Shown: positions 26,442-36,223, counted from the first letter of the stretch. The stretch is DNA of 64,000 nt from Brevundimonas sp. (GCF_046293315.1 NZ_JBKBPF010000003.1:61252-125251), one strand, 5' to 3'. Numbers and translations are program-made. The notes: generated by a model from the letters alone, not told the origin.

Positions 26442-27100
26442 TGGCCCGCACCCGCGAACAACTGGCCGAACGCGCCGCGAAGGAACTGCAGGACGGCTTC
26501 TATGTGAACCTGGGCATCGGCATCCCGACCCTGGTGGCCAACCACATCCCCGAGGGGATGGAGGTCACGCTGCAGTCCGAGAACGGCATGCTGGGCATGG
26601 GTCCGTTCCCCCATGAGGATCAGGTGGACCCCGATCTGATCAATGCGGGCAAGCAGACCATCACCGAAATCCCCGAGAGCGCCTATTTCAGCTCTGCGGA
26701 CTCCTTCGCCATGATCCGGGGCGGGCACATCGATCTGTCGATCCTGGGCGCCATGGAAGTGGCCCAGAACGGCGACATCGCCAACTGGATGATCCCCGGC
26801 AAGCTGGTGAAGGGCATGGGCGGCGCCATGGATCTGGTGGCCGGCGTCAAGCGCGTGGTGGTGGTCATGGATCACGCCAACAAGCACGGCCAGTCCAAGG
26901 TATTGAAAGAATGTAGTCTGCCCCTGACCGGAACGGCCGTCGTCAGCCGCATCATCACCGACCTGGCCGTGTTCGACGTCAAGCCGGACGGCTCGGGGCT
27001 GGAGCTGATGGAACTGGCCGACGGCGTCTCCCTGGACGAGGTGCGCGAGAAGACCGAGGCTGACTTCACGGTTTCCGAAAAGGTTAATTCGCTGGCATAG
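26441..27100 (+). CDS. scoB: 3-oxoacid CoA-transferase subunit B
   Basis: 219 aa containing [15 protein letters not shown]...[11 protein letters not shown] (catalytic Glu region). The SD GAGGAG lies 7 nt upstream. Confidence 0.9.
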   Translation: MARTREQLAERAAKELQDGFYVNLGIGIPTLVANHIPEGMEVTLQSENGMLGMGPFPHEDQVDPDLINAGKQTITEIPESAYFSSADSFAMIRGGHIDLSILGAMEVAQNGDIANWMIPGKLVKGMGGAMDLVAGVKRVVVVMDHANKHGQSKVLKECSLPLTGTAVVSRIITDLAVFDVKPDGSGLELMELADGVSLDEVREKTEADFTVSEKVNSLA

Positions 27101-28056
27101 TGCTGTTCGGCCGGGCGAAATACCCCGGATGTTCAGACATGGAGGCGCCAGTGTCAGACGTTCAAACCGAGGAAAGGCCCGTGGACGCGGCGGAGCCGGT
27201 CGTCGCGGAAACAGAGCACACCGTCGCCGCCGCGCCCAACTCGGAGGAGACGGCAGAGGCTGAACCGGCTGACGATGACAGCGCCGAGCCTGCTGTCCAG
27301 GTGGCCGCCGAAGAGCCGCCCGCCGCCGAGGGCGCCCCCGCCGACCCCGGCCCGCTGGAGGGCCTGCGCGCGGCCGTGATCGCGGGCTGCGAGAGCCTGC
27401 ACCAGACCTGTCAGGGCGCCGACGCCGACTTCATCCGGGGCCAATTGGCGGATTTGCGCGCACGGATCGCCAGCGTGCGCCCCGCCGAGCTGACGCCACG
27501 CACCGGTCTGGGCGGGCTGTTTGACAGCCGCACGAAGCGCCTCGCCCGTTTCCGGGACCATGTGACCGATCTGGCGCCGTCCATCTCCACCGCCGCGGTC
27601 AAGCTGCGCGACGCCGCCGCCGGACTGGCCCGCCGCAACGGCGCCCTGAACGAGCACCACCACGGCCTGCTGACCGCCATCACCGCGCTGGACGAGGCCC
27701 TGATGACCTTTCCCGAGCGCGCCGATCCGGCCCGCGACGGGGGGCTGAAACACCTGCCCCTGACCCGCATGGTCCAGAACGTGGACGCCCGTCTGGCCGA
27801 GACCGCCAAGCAGGCCGCCGAGGCGGCCATGGACTGGCGCGACGATTTGCTGAAGGCCCTGGGCGCCGACGGCAAGAAGCTGACGCCGCTGCGACGGGTG
27901 AATCCGGATCAGGGCGTCCTTAATCAGGCCTGCGAGGCCCTGCTGTCCGTCATCGACCGGGCCGAGACCGCCCTGTCCGCCGCCCAGGCCCGCCGTGACG
28001 AAGTCATGGCCCGTTTGAACCGCACCCTGATCGCGACGCGAAGCGACGAAGCCTAA
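27100..28056 (+). CDS. Hypothetical protein with an acidic low-complexity N-terminus and an all-helical C-terminal part (weak TelA/YaaN-like pattern)
   Basis: GTG 27100 overlaps the scoB stop (TAGTG); ATG 27139 is an alternative start. Residues ~1-95 are Glu/Ala/Pro/Asp-rich. The segment TGLGGLFDSRTKRLARFRDHVTDLAPSISTAAVKLRD resembles the TelA family by eye only. Confidence 0.55.
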   Translation: MLFGRAKYPGCSDMEAPVSDVQTEERPVDAAEPVVAETEHTVAAAPNSEETAEAEPADDDSAEPAVQVAAEEPPAAEGAPADPGPLEGLRAAVIAGCESLHQTCQGADADFIRGQLADLRARIASVRPAELTPRTGLGGLFDSRTKRLARFRDHVTDLAPSISTAAVKLRDAAAGLARRNGALNEHHHGLLTAITALDEALMTFPERADPARDGGLKHLPLTRMVQNVDARLAETAKQAAEAAMDWRDDLLKALGADGKKLTPLRRVNPDQGVLNQACEALLSVIDRAETALSAAQARRDEVMARLNRTLIATRSDEA

Positions 28057-28976
28057 CCGACGAACCCGGCGGCGCGCTTCAGCCGGTCGTTGACCGCCTC
28101 CCCCAGACCGTGAGCCGGAATGGGAGCGACAGCGATGGCGCGGGGCTTTTCCCGATCCGCCTCGCGCAGCATGCGGAACAGGTTGGCCGCCGCCTCGCGC
28201 AGATCGCCGGCCGACGAAAGGCTCCAGCGCCCCGGCCCCACCGGGCCGAAGCCCAGCAGGATCTCGTCCGCCTCCGCCCGCTCTGCATTCAGCCGCACCG
28301 GCGCATCGGGCGCATAATGCAGGGCCAAGCGCCCCGGCGAGCGATGGCCGTCCCCGCCGCCGTCCGACAGGGCGCCGGCCACCGCCTCGATGTCGTCGCG
28401 GGTCACCGAGCCGGGGCGCAGCAGGCGGATCGCGCCGTCCAGCACCGCCACCACCGTGCTCTCCACCCCCACCGCGCAGGGCCCGCCGTCGAGGGCCGCG
28501 CCGGCGTGGTCGCCGGTCTCCTCCACCGCATCCTCGAAAGTGGTCGGGCTGGGCCGTCCCGAGCGATTGGCGGAGGGCGCCACCACCGCCCCGCCGAAGG
28601 CGGCGATCACCGCCCGCGCCCGCGTATGGCCGGGCACGCGCACCGCCACAGTGTCCAGACCCGCCCGCGCCAGATCACAGACCGCCGCCCGGTCCCGCAC
28701 CGGCGCCACGATGGTCAGGGGGCCAGGCCAGAAGGCGTCGGCCAGGGCGCGCGCCCGGTTATCCAGCACCGCGATCCGCTCCGCCTGGGCTGCGTCGGCC
28801 ACATGGGCGATCAGGGGATTGAAGCGCGGCCGCCCCTTGGCCTCGAAGATGCGCGCCACCGCCTCGCCATTGGCCGCGTCGGCGGCCAGCCCGTAGACCG
28901 TCTCGGTCGGCAGGATCACCAGTTCGCCCCGCTTCAGGGCGACGGCGGCGTGCTGGATTTCGGCCTCGGGCGTCAT
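28053..28976 (-). CDS. L-threonylcarbamoyladenylate synthase (Sua5/YrdC family, long form)
   Basis: Track ORF trimmed to ATG 28976 (MTPEAEIQHAAVALKRGELVILPTETVYGLAADA). The C-terminal Sua5-type extension is present. Confidence 0.85.
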   Translation of the reverse strand: MTPEAEIQHAAVALKRGELVILPTETVYGLAADAANGEAVARIFEAKGRPRFNPLIAHVADAAQAERIAVLDNRARALADAFWPGPLTIVAPVRDRAAVCDLARAGLDTVAVRVPGHTRARAVIAAFGGAVVAPSANRSGRPSPTTFEDAVEETGDHAGAALDGGPCAVGVESTVVAVLDGAIRLLRPGSVTRDDIEAVAGALSDGGGDGHRSPGRLALHYAPDAPVRLNAERAEADEILLGFGPVGPGRWSLSSAGDLREAAANLFRMLREADREKPRAIAVAPIPAHGLGEAVNDRLKRAAGFVG

Positions 28977-28986
28977 GCCCGCCAGC

Positions 28987-29535
28987 TTACGCCCTCTGGC
29001 GCAGGAAGGGCAGCATGCGCTGCAGCACATTGTCCTTGTCGATGAAGTAGTGCTTCAGCGCGCCGGCGATGTGCAGGGCGATGAGGATGTAGAGCGACTT
29101 CACCACCGCGCCGTGAATGGCCATCATCAGCCCGGCCGTCTCGCGCCCGCCGCCCACCGGCAGCAGGGGCCAGTTGAACAGGCCGTACCAGTCGAACGCC
29201 CGGCCCGCAGCCGAGGAGGCCAGCCAGCCGGTCAGGGGCATCGCCAGCAGCACCACATAGAACAGGATATGGGTGGTGCGCGCCGCCAGCCTCTGCCAGC
29301 GCGGCGTCCCTTCAGGCAGCGGGATCGCCGGATGCTTCCACCGCCAGCCGAGCCGGAACAGCGTCAGCAGCAGGATCGACATGCCGTTGGCCTTGTGGGT
29401 GGCGATCCACAGGGCCCGGTTCGGCCCTTCCTGATCCGCCGCCGAGATCAGCAGCACCTGACCGATCACCAGCGCGGCGATGACCCAGTGCAGGGCCATG
29501 GACACGGCGGAATAGCGGCTGCGGGTCTGGATCAT
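28987..29535 (-). CDS. Cytochrome b561 family protein
   Basis: Track ORF trimmed to ATG 29535, which has the SD AGGAGGG 4 nt upstream. The translation MIQTRSRYSAVSMALHWVIAALVIGQ has four helices with conserved His residues. Confidence 0.8.
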   Translation of the reverse strand: MIQTRSRYSAVSMALHWVIAALVIGQVLLISAADQEGPNRALWIATHKANGMSILLLTLFRLGWRWKHPAIPLPEGTPRWQRLAARTTHILFYVVLLAMPLTGWLASSAAGRAFDWYGLFNWPLLPVGGGRETAGLMMAIHGAVVKSLYILIALHIAGALKHYFIDKDNVLQRMLPFLRQRA

Positions 29536-29694
29536 CGGTCCCTCCTGAATCGTGACGGCTACAGTGACCCGACCTGCGCCGTTCGCCAAGATGTGCGTTG
29601 CCTGCTCACCGGCTTGACCCTGGGTGATCTTGCGTATGGGGCGCGCATCGCCCAATCAGAGGCGAAAGAAAACGCACCGCTTCAGGAACGCCCC

Positions 29695-31479
29695 ATGACC
29701 TTCCGCGCCCCCGTTCGTGACCTGGCCTTCGCCCTCGAGGCCGTCGCCGGCATCGACCAGGTCGCCGCCACCGGCGCCTTTCCCGACTATGACGCTGACC
29801 TGATGAGCGCTGTGCTGGACGCCGCGGGCCAGTTCTCGGAGCAGGTGCTGGCGCCCCTGAACCGGGTCGGCGACCAGAAGGGCTCGATCTACGCCAACGG
29901 ATCGGTCACCGCCGCGCCCGGCTTCGCCGACGCCTATCGCCAGTTCGCGGCCGGTGGGTGGACCGGGCTGGCCGCAGACCCGGCCCATGGTGGTCAGGGC
30001 CTGCCCAAGGCGCTGGAACTGGCGGCCTTCGAGACGGTCCACGCGGCCAACATGGCCTTCGGCCTGTGCCCCATGCTGTCGCAGGCGGCCATCGAGGCGC
30101 TGCAGGAACACGGCACCGACGCCCAGAAGACGACCTATCTGGGCAAGCTGGTGTCTGGCGAATGGACCGGGGCCATGGTGCTGACGGAGCCCCAGGCGGG
30201 CACAGACCTGGGCGCCCTGACCGCCACCGCCACGCCCAACGGCGACGGGACCTACGCCCTGAACGGCCAGAAGATCTACATCACCTGGGGCGACCACGAC
30301 GCCACCGACAACATCGTGCATCTGGTGCTGGCCCGCCTGCCGGGCGCCCCCGCCGGGCCCAAGGGCATCAGCCTGTTCCTGGCCTCCAAATATCTGCTCA
30401 AGGACGACGGCTCGCTGGGCGAGCGCAACGGCTTCCGCCCCGTGGGCATAGAGCACAAGCTGGGCATCCACGCCTCGCCCACCTGCGTCATGAGCTATGA
30501 GGGCGCCACCGCCGAGCTGGTGGGCCAGCCCAATCAGGGCCTGTCGCACATGTTCACCATGATGAACGCCGCGCGGCTGGCCGTCGGGGTCGAGGGCGTC
30601 GGCATCGCCGAGCGCGCGTATCAGGCCGCCCTGGCCTATGCCCTGGACCGCCGTCAGGGACGCAGCGTCTGGACGGGTGAAAACAACGCCCCGATCTTCG
30701 ACCATCCCGACGTGCGCCGCATGCTGTCTGTCATGAAGGCCCGGATCGAGGCGGCGCGCGGCATCTGTCTGTCCACCGGCGTCGCCGCGGATCTGGCCCG
30801 CCACGCCGGGACCGAGGAAGAGCGCCGCCAGTGGAAGGCGCGCGAGGATCTGTTCACCCCCATCGCCAAGGCCTGGTCCACCGACATGGGGGTCGAGGTC
30901 GCCTCCACGGGCGTGCAGGTCCACGGGGGCATGGGCTTCATCGAGGACACCGGCGCGGCCCAGCACTACCGCGACGCCCGCATCGCCCCGATCTATGAGG
31001 GGACCAACGGGGTCCAGGCCATGGATCTGGTGGGCCGCAAGCTGTCCATGGACGGAGGCGAGGCGGCCCGCGCGGTGATCGCCGACATGCGCGAAACCCT
31101 GCTCGCCCTTCACGGGATTCTTGAAGGCAAGCCCGTCGAGCGGTTCACCGCCGCCATCCAGGCGGTGGAAGACGCGACCCTGTGGCTGATCGACCGCAAG
31201 GCCGACCCCGAGGCCGCCGCCGATGTGCTGGCGGCGGCGGACGCCTATCTGCGCCTGATGGGCGACGTCATCGGCGGCTGGATGCTGGCAAGGGGCGCAC
31301 TCGCCGCCAAAGCGCGGCTGGACGCCGGAGAAGGCGATCCCGCGTGGCTGAACGGCAAGATCATTCTTTACGAGGTCTATGCCGCCAATGTGCTTGGCCA
31401 CGCGTCCAGCCGACTGGCGGCCGTGGGCCAGGGCGGTGATCTACTGCAGCGCATGACGCCGGAAGCGCTGGGCGCCTAG
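29695..31479 (+). CDS. Long-form acyl-CoA dehydrogenase, 594 aa
   Basis: Track ORF 28975..31479 trimmed to ATG 29695 (MTFRAPVRDLAFALE...), because the extension overlaps two minus-strand genes. ACAD motifs include LTEPQAGTDL, KIYITWGDHD and IYEGTNGVQAMDLVGRK. Confidence 0.85.
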   Translation: MTFRAPVRDLAFALEAVAGIDQVAATGAFPDYDADLMSAVLDAAGQFSEQVLAPLNRVGDQKGSIYANGSVTAAPGFADAYRQFAAGGWTGLAADPAHGGQGLPKALELAAFETVHAANMAFGLCPMLSQAAIEALQEHGTDAQKTTYLGKLVSGEWTGAMVLTEPQAGTDLGALTATATPNGDGTYALNGQKIYITWGDHDATDNIVHLVLARLPGAPAGPKGISLFLASKYLLKDDGSLGERNGFRPVGIEHKLGIHASPTCVMSYEGATAELVGQPNQGLSHMFTMMNAARLAVGVEGVGIAERAYQAALAYALDRRQGRSVWTGENNAPIFDHPDVRRMLSVMKARIEAARGICLSTGVAADLARHAGTEEERRQWKAREDLFTPIAKAWSTDMGVEVASTGVQVHGGMGFIEDTGAAQHYRDARIAPIYEGTNGVQAMDLVGRKLSMDGGEAARAVIADMRETLLALHGILEGKPVERFTAAIQAVEDATLWLIDRKADPEAAADVLAAADAYLRLMGDVIGGWMLARGALAAKARLDAGEGDPAWLNGKIILYEVYAANVLGHASSRLAAVGQGGDLLQRMTPEALGA

Positions 31480-32135
31480 CCTCCGAAGGGACTGTCCGGC
31501 ACAGGCGCATTGACCGCCGCGGCGTCCGTCCACTCGACGATCTGGGCGCTGAGATCGGCGGTCGCGGTGTCGAAGGCGGCGACGATGGCTGAAACCCGGT
31601 TGTCCGCCGCCGGAAGAGCCACGGTGAACACGCGTTCGTCCACTACGTCCCGGTCGGGGAACGCCAGAATGCGCGCACGGGCCGTGATGTGGGCCACGGG
31701 CACGGCGCCTTCGTAGGCGTAGCGCGCCTCGAACGACCGCACGTCAATGTCCAGGGACAGGGTCGACCGTGTGAACTCGCGCGGACCGATCAGGCGGGTG
31801 TTTCGGCTCTGGTCCGAAAAGGCGCCGACGAGGGCCTCTGTGAACAATTCGTCAGCCGGGCTGACCCAGCGCGCGCCCGACACATAGGCGGCCTGTGTCC
31901 CCGTGATCGCCAGAATGCGGTCGCCGCGCGCAGCTTCGGAAAACTGGATGCGGCGCATGGAGACCGGGCGCAGCGCGCCCGCCGGCGCGGGCGGGGCCGC
32001 TTGCATGGAGGTCTCGGAAGACCCGAAGCGGTACATCTGGACCGGATCGGGCGTGGACAGCAGGGCGCAACCGCCCGTCAGGCCCGCTACCGCGGCGACC
32101 ACGACCAGACGTTTCAGAATGAGGGCTCGGCTCAT
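31476..32135 (-). CDS. ABC-transport auxiliary lipoprotein (DUF330/PqiC-like)
   Basis: Lipobox in MSRALILKRLVVVAAVAGLTGGC. The ATG overlaps the stop of the MCE gene (ATGA). Confidence 0.75.
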   Translation of the reverse strand: MSRALILKRLVVVAAVAGLTGGCALLSTPDPVQMYRFGSSETSMQAAPPAPAGALRPVSMRRIQFSEAARGDRILAITGTQAAYVSGARWVSPADELFTEALVGAFSDQSRNTRLIGPREFTRSTLSLDIDVRSFEARYAYEGAVPVAHITARARILAFPDRDVVDERVFTVALPAADNRVSAIVAAFDTATADLSAQIVEWTDAAAVNAPVPDSPFGG

Positions 32136-33070
32136 TGTTCGACCTCGAGTTCGATGGATTCCGGACGGCCGATGAAGTCGCGCGGGCTGGAGCGGACATC
32201 GTTCACCAGGCGATCCAGCGATTCTGCCGCCTCCTCCAGGCTCTGGATGGCGTTGGCGAAGCGCGGCAGGCCGTTGGTGGCGAAGTCGCTGACCGGCCCC
32301 TGCAGGCCCTCGGTCGTGTCGTTCAGGGTGCCCATGGCCTGCTCGGCCTGGGCGGCGGCGCGCTCGATGCTGGCGATGGCGCGGGCCCCGTCGCCTTCCA
32401 CGAGCTGTCGGGCGCTGGCCCCGAGGGCTTCGTACTCGCCGATAGCGCGGTTGGCGCCCGCCAGCGCCTCTTCCAGTTCGCGCAGCATGCCGCGCCGGGC
32501 TTCCAGCTCGGTGGTGACCTGCTCCACATTGTTCAGACTGGTGGAGAACGAGCGGATATTGTCGTCCGAGAGCACCCTGTTGATGCGATTGAGCGCGTCC
32601 ACCGCCTCGGCCAGCACGGTCCCGCCGCCCTGCAGCAGCTCGGCGATGGGGCTGGGCTGGCTCTGGATCACGGGAATGACGTCGTCGTCGTACTGGGACT
32701 TCAGCAGCGCGCTTTCCGCGTCCCCGGCCGTGACCTGGATGTAGTTCAGGCCGGTGATGCCCTGGGGCTCAAGCTGGGCGCGCGAGCTGACGCGGATGGG
32801 CGTGCCGCCGTCCAGGCGGACGCGGGCCACCACCTGATCCGGCTGGTTGGGGTCCAGGTTCAGATCCGACACCTCGCCGACGCGAATACCGTTGAAGTGG
32901 ACCTCTCCGCCCTCCTGAAGGCCGCGCACCGGTCCGTAGAACACGATGTCATAGACGTCATACTCATTGGCGAACTGGAACCGGGCCAGCCAGATGACGA
33001 ACACCGCCAGCGCCGCGACGATCGCGACGGTGGCCATGCCGACGGCGGCGTAATGGGCGTCTCTTTCCAT
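32132..33070 (-). CDS. MlaD/MCE-family substrate-binding protein
   Basis: Track ORF trimmed to ATG 33070 (MERDAHYAAVGMATVAIVAALAVFVIWL). MCE domain sequence YDIVFYGPVRGLQEGGEVHFNGIRVGEV is followed by a long helical tail. Confidence 0.8.
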   Translation of the reverse strand: MERDAHYAAVGMATVAIVAALAVFVIWLARFQFANEYDVYDIVFYGPVRGLQEGGEVHFNGIRVGEVSDLNLDPNQPDQVVARVRLDGGTPIRVSSRAQLEPQGITGLNYIQVTAGDAESALLKSQYDDDVIPVIQSQPSPIAELLQGGGTVLAEAVDALNRINRVLSDDNIRSFSTSLNNVEQVTTELEARRGMLRELEEALAGANRAIGEYEALGASARQLVEGDGARAIASIERAAAQAEQAMGTLNDTTEGLQGPVSDFATNGLPRFANAIQSLEEAAESLDRLVNDVRSSPRDFIGRPESIELEVEQ

Positions 33071-33072
33071 GG

Positions 33073-33873
33073 TTATCCCGCGCTCCTGTCGGGTTTGTCT
33101 GTCGTGCTGGCCTTGGCGGCCCTGCCGCGCGGGCCGAGGAAGTATTCCTTGATCCACGGATGATCGGAACGCTCCAGATCCTGAACCGGCGCCTTCACCA
33201 CCACCTTTTTGTCAGCCAGCACCGCGACCTTGTCGCATACCGCATACAGGCTATCGAGATCGTGGGTGATCATGAAGATGCTCAGGTGCAGGTCGTCCGA
33301 CAGGGTGCGGATCAGCGTGTCGAAGGCCGCGGCGCCGATGGGATCAAGCCCCGCCGTCGGTTCGTCCAGAAACAGAAGCTCGGGGTCCAGCGCCAGGGCG
33401 CGGGCCAGACCGGCGCGCTTGCGCATGCCGCCGGACAACTCGGCCGGCTTCAGGTGATGGCTTTCCGGCCCCAGCCCCACCATCGCGATCTTCAGCTCGG
33501 CCAGCTCGCGGATCGTGTCCCGCGACAGCCTGGTGTGCTCGATCATGGGTGACGAGACGTTCTCGATCACGGTGAGCGCCGAGAACAGGGCGCCCTGCTG
33601 GAACAGCACGCCCGAGCGACGCTCGGCGTCGGCGTGCTCCGCCCTCGACATTTCGGCGACATCCGTGCCGAACAGGCGCACGCGGCCACCGTCCGGCTTC
33701 TTCAGGCCCAGGATGGAGTTCAGCAGCACGGTCTTGCCGGTGCCCGAGCCCCCCACCACGCCCAGGACTTCTCCGCGTTCCAGCGTCAGGTCCAGATCCT
33801 GATGGATCACGAGGTCGCCGAAGGCGGTGACCATGCCCTCGACCTCGATAACGGGCTCGGCGCGCTCGGTCAT
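33073..33873 (-). CDS. ABC transporter ATP-binding protein (MlaF-like)
   Basis: Walker A GGSGTGKT, signature LSGGMRKR and Walker B LLFLDEP. Confidence 0.9.
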   Translation of the reverse strand: MTERAEPVIEVEGMVTAFGDLVIHQDLDLTLERGEVLGVVGGSGTGKTVLLNSILGLKKPDGGRVRLFGTDVAEMSRAEHADAERRSGVLFQQGALFSALTVIENVSSPMIEHTRLSRDTIRELAELKIAMVGLGPESHHLKPAELSGGMRKRAGLARALALDPELLFLDEPTAGLDPIGAAAFDTLIRTLSDDLHLSIFMITHDLDSLYAVCDKVAVLADKKVVVKAPVQDLERSDHPWIKEYFLGPRGRAAKASTTDKPDRSAG

Positions 33874-34982
33874 ACGCCCATCTCCAGGAAGACCAGGGCG
33901 AACACGGCGTCCAGGAAGATGATGGCGAAGATGGCCTGGACCACCGCGGCCGTGACCCGGCGGCCGAGGGACTCCACGTCGCCGGACACCGCCATGCCCT
34001 GACGGCAGCCGATGGCCGCCACCACGATGGCGAAGACCGGCGCCTTGGACAGCCCCACCCAGAGATGCTCGATGCCGACGTTCTGTTCGATGCGCTGGAT
34101 GAAGAAGGAGGGGCCCAGACCCAGCTGCGCCCAGGCGACCAGCAGGCCGCCGAACATGCCCGCGATCACCGCGATGAAAGTCAGCAGGGGCAGCATGATC
34201 AGAAGCGCCGCCAGACGCGGGATCACCAGGGCCTGGAACGGGTCGACGCCCATCACCCGCATGGCGTCGATTTCCTGGTTCATCTTCATGGAGCCGATCT
34301 CGGCGGCGAAGGCGGAGGATGACCGGCCCGCCAGCAGCACGGCGGTGATCACCACCGCGAATTCGCGAAAGACGGAAATGCCGATCAGCTCGACCGCAAA
34401 GACCTGGGCCCCGAACTGCTGCAGCAGGTCCGCCCCGATGAAAGCGATCACGGCCCCGATGAAGAAGTTGGTGGCGATGACGATGGGGATGGCGTCCAGC
34501 CCCGCGCGCTCCACATGGCTGACCCAGGCGGGCCAGCGGATGCGGCCCGGATGCATCAGGGCGCTGCCGACGGCCAGGATCAACTGGCCCAGGAAGACCA
34601 TGCTGAGCATCATCTCGGCCATCACATCGTAAAAGCCGTGGCCGATCCTGGCGAAGATGCGGGTGATGGCGTCGGGTCGCTGGGGCGGGGCGGCGGTGCC
34701 GCGCTCCAGCTTTTCGACCAGGGCGTAGATACGCCCGGCTTCGGGCCGGCTTTTCCAGGCCGAGGCGGGCAAGGCCTTGGCGGTGGCCTGAACCAGAACA
34801 AGGGCGCCGGCGGTGTCGAAGCCATCCAGCTCGCCGATGTCCAGCTGGTCCACGTGCACCCCGTCCAGGGCGCGGTTCAGCTTCTCGGGGGTGCGGCGCA
34901 GGCCCGTTGTGGTCCAGTCGCCGGACAGGCGCAGGACCGCGCCCTTCGCGCCCGAATCAATCTGGAATTCCGCAGCCTTCAT
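33870..34982 (-). CDS. MlaE-family ABC permease with an N-terminal STAS-like domain
   Basis: Track ORF trimmed to ATG 34982 (MKAAEFQIDSGAKGAVLRLSGDWTT...). A permease core follows. The stop overlaps the ATPase ATG (ATGA). Confidence 0.8.
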   Translation of the reverse strand: MKAAEFQIDSGAKGAVLRLSGDWTTTGLRRTPEKLNRALDGVHVDQLDIGELDGFDTAGALVLVQATAKALPASAWKSRPEAGRIYALVEKLERGTAAPPQRPDAITRIFARIGHGFYDVMAEMMLSMVFLGQLILAVGSALMHPGRIRWPAWVSHVERAGLDAIPIVIATNFFIGAVIAFIGADLLQQFGAQVFAVELIGISVFREFAVVITAVLLAGRSSSAFAAEIGSMKMNQEIDAMRVMGVDPFQALVIPRLAALLIMLPLLTFIAVIAGMFGGLLVAWAQLGLGPSFFIQRIEQNVGIEHLWVGLSKAPVFAIVVAAIGCRQGMAVSGDVESLGRRVTAAVVQAIFAIIFLDAVFALVFLEMGV

Positions 34983-35093
34983 GCGCGCATCATACCTCGC
35001 CCCCGCGCGTCGCCTAATGGCTGTGCCGCGTTTGGCCCTAACGTATCGCAAGCTGTTTCCGTTCAGTCACAGAAGAACAAGCCCCCCGCGTTC

Positions 35094-35112
35094 TTGCGAT
35101 TTATTCTCAATG
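35094..35112. promoter_or_regulatory. Candidate Fur-box-like AT-rich partial palindrome upstream of the iron transporter
   Basis: TTGCGATTTATTCTCAATG. 12 of its first 17 positions are self-complementary. It is an AT-rich island in GC-rich DNA and ends 38 bp before ATG 35150. Confidence 0.35.
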
Positions 35113-35149
35113 CCGCTAGGACCACGGCGAACCGAACGAGGAGTTCCCC

Positions 35150-36193
35150 ATGCGTCTTCGCCTGTCCCTGATCGCCGCCGTCGCCGGCGCCGCCGCCCTG
35201 GCCGCCTGCGGCCAGAACAATCAGGCTGCAGAGAGCGGCTCCGGCGAAGTGAACCTCTACACCGCGCGCCATTATGATGCGGACCTGGCGCTGTACGACC
35301 GCTTCACCGAAGAGACGGGCATCCGCGTCAACCGCATCGAGGGCAACGCCGACCAGTTGATCGCCCGCATGCAGAGCGAGGGCGCCAACAGCCCCGCCGA
35401 CGTGTTCGTCACCGCCGACGCGGGCGCCCTGTGGCGGGCCCAGAACGCAGGCCTGTTCCAGGCCGCCAATTCGGAAACCCTGAACGACGCCATCCCCGAG
35501 AACCTGCGCGCGCCGGGCGGCGAGTGGTTCGGCTTCTCCCGCCGGGCCCGCGTCGTGGCCTACGATTCCGCCCGGGTTCGTCCTGAAGAGGTGGCGACCT
35601 ACGAACAGCTGGCCTCGCCCCGCTTCCGGGGACGGCTGTGCGTCCGGTCCGGCGACAACGTCTACAACCTGTCCCTCGTGGGCGCCCTGATCGAGGCCTG
35701 GGGCGTGGAACGGACCCGCGAATGGGTCGAGGGCATCGTGGCCAACATGGCGCGCCAGCCCGAAGGCGGCGATCGCGACCAGATCCGCGCCATCGCAGCG
35801 GGGGTCTGCGACGTGGCCCTGACCAACAGCTACTACTATATCCGGCTGGCCAGCGGCGATGACGCGGGGGACCGGGCGATCACCGAGACCGTCAAGCTGG
35901 CCTTCCCCAGCCTGGACGGCCAGGGCAGCCATGTGAACGTGTCCGGCGGCGGGGTGGCGGCCAATGCGCCCAACCGCGACAATGCCGTGCGCCTGCTGGA
36001 ATTCCTGGCCTCCGCCCCCTCCCAGACCCTCGTGTCGCAGTACAACAACGAGTTCCCGGCCAGCCCGAACGTGCCGGCGCCCGCCCCGGTGGACGCCTAT
36101 GCGGACTTTGAGGCGCACCCGATGCCCGTGTCCGCCTACGGCCCGCGCCAGGCGGAAGCGCAAAGCCTGATCAGCGCGGCGGGCTGGCGATAA
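35150..36193 (+). CDS. Fe(3+) ABC transporter periplasmic substrate-binding lipoprotein (FbpA/FutA family)
   Basis: Lipobox in MRLRLSLIAAVAGAAALAAC, followed by NLYTARHYDADLALYDRFTEETGIRVN... Confidence 0.85.
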   Translation: MRLRLSLIAAVAGAAALAACGQNNQAAESGSGEVNLYTARHYDADLALYDRFTEETGIRVNRIEGNADQLIARMQSEGANSPADVFVTADAGALWRAQNAGLFQAANSETLNDAIPENLRAPGGEWFGFSRRARVVAYDSARVRPEEVATYEQLASPRFRGRLCVRSGDNVYNLSLVGALIEAWGVERTREWVEGIVANMARQPEGGDRDQIRAIAAGVCDVALTNSYYYIRLASGDDAGDRAITETVKLAFPSLDGQGSHVNVSGGGVAANAPNRDNAVRLLEFLASAPSQTLVSQYNNEFPASPNVPAPAPVDAYADFEAHPMPVSAYGPRQAEAQSLISAAGWR

Positions 36194-36223
36194 GCCCCGT
36201 CGCCGCACCGACGGCCGACACCG

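Noticed and set aside
28975-29694. N-terminal extension of the acyl-CoA dehydrogenase ORF in the track (start 28975)
   Set aside because: It would overlap the whole cytochrome b561 gene and the start of the Sua5-family gene on the other strand. ATG 29695 gives a normal ACAD N-terminus.
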